Shown here in pieces: positions 63,945 through 64,000 of a stretch of DNA of 64,000 bases. The position numbers and the translations under genes were made by a program. The notes below the pieces were generated by a model, which was given only the letters and a program-made list of their open reading frames with translations, was not told the origin of the DNA and searched no databases. This stretch comes from an uncultured Candidatus Saccharibacteria bacterium (GTDB taxonomy: Bacteria > Patescibacteriota > Saccharimonadia > Saccharimonadales > JAGQNJ01), in assembly GCA_964493895.1 (NCBI GenBank), contig CAZBPY010000002.1:3351-67350 (forward strand), in the 5' to 3' direction. Each line of letters starts with the position of its first letter. The stretch's first letter is position 1.

Positions 63945-64000
63945 TATCTTTCCTCTTTCGAGACGCTGACGAGCTCGGTGGCGATTTTTATGACTTCGGA
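63945..64000 (-). CDS. 3' end of an unidentified gene (partial)
   Basis: The minus-strand frame reads ..SEVIKIATELVSVSKEER, with its stop TAA at 63945-63947 abutting the next ATG (TAAATG). Too short to identify. Confidence 0.3.

Overview
Densely coding 64-kb chromosomal segment read with the standard code: about 80 protein genes and 4 tRNAs (Leu-CAA, Ser-GGA, Asn-GUU, Gln-UUG). I found no rRNA, CRISPR array, transposase or integrase. Recognisable content includes gltX, cysS, smpB, xth, mpg, a complete F1Fo ATP synthase operon, sortase, VKOR, a DUF3048 protein, three two-component systems, a MacB-type ABC pair, two VanY/M15 peptidases, GT2/GT4 glycosyltransferases, an aquaporin, a UvrD-nuclease fusion, and many membrane-anchored or acidic orphan proteins. 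This mix, plus frequent leaderless-looking starts, suggests a small-genome Patescibacteria/CPR (Saccharibacteria-like) organism, but that is inference only. Three loci merit follow-up. (1) The atp operon (35.5-44.0 kb) keeps the order B-E-F-H-A-G-D-C but carries four translationally coupled orphan ORFs at the A/G, G/D and D/C junctions. (2) A roughly 5.5-kb accessory region (21.1-26.6 kb) ends at tRNA-Asn. It consists of one-gene modules whose junctions share a TTGGCTC core identical to the tRNA 3' end. Four junctions carry a ~48-bp conserved element, a 75-bp terminator module is duplicated, and the MFS gene is frameshifted and flanked by repeats. No recombinase is recognisable. (3) Two large orphan ORFs (634 aa and 198 aa, overlapping by 92 nt) lie between tRNA-Asn and smpB. 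Lesser observations are a mini-protein operon below the 60-aa ORF cutoff, an Asn/Gly-rich repeat protein, an orphan divergent ParB-like protein, and structured or palindromic intergenic regions in the atp operon. All family calls rest on motif recognition by eye; no database search was run.
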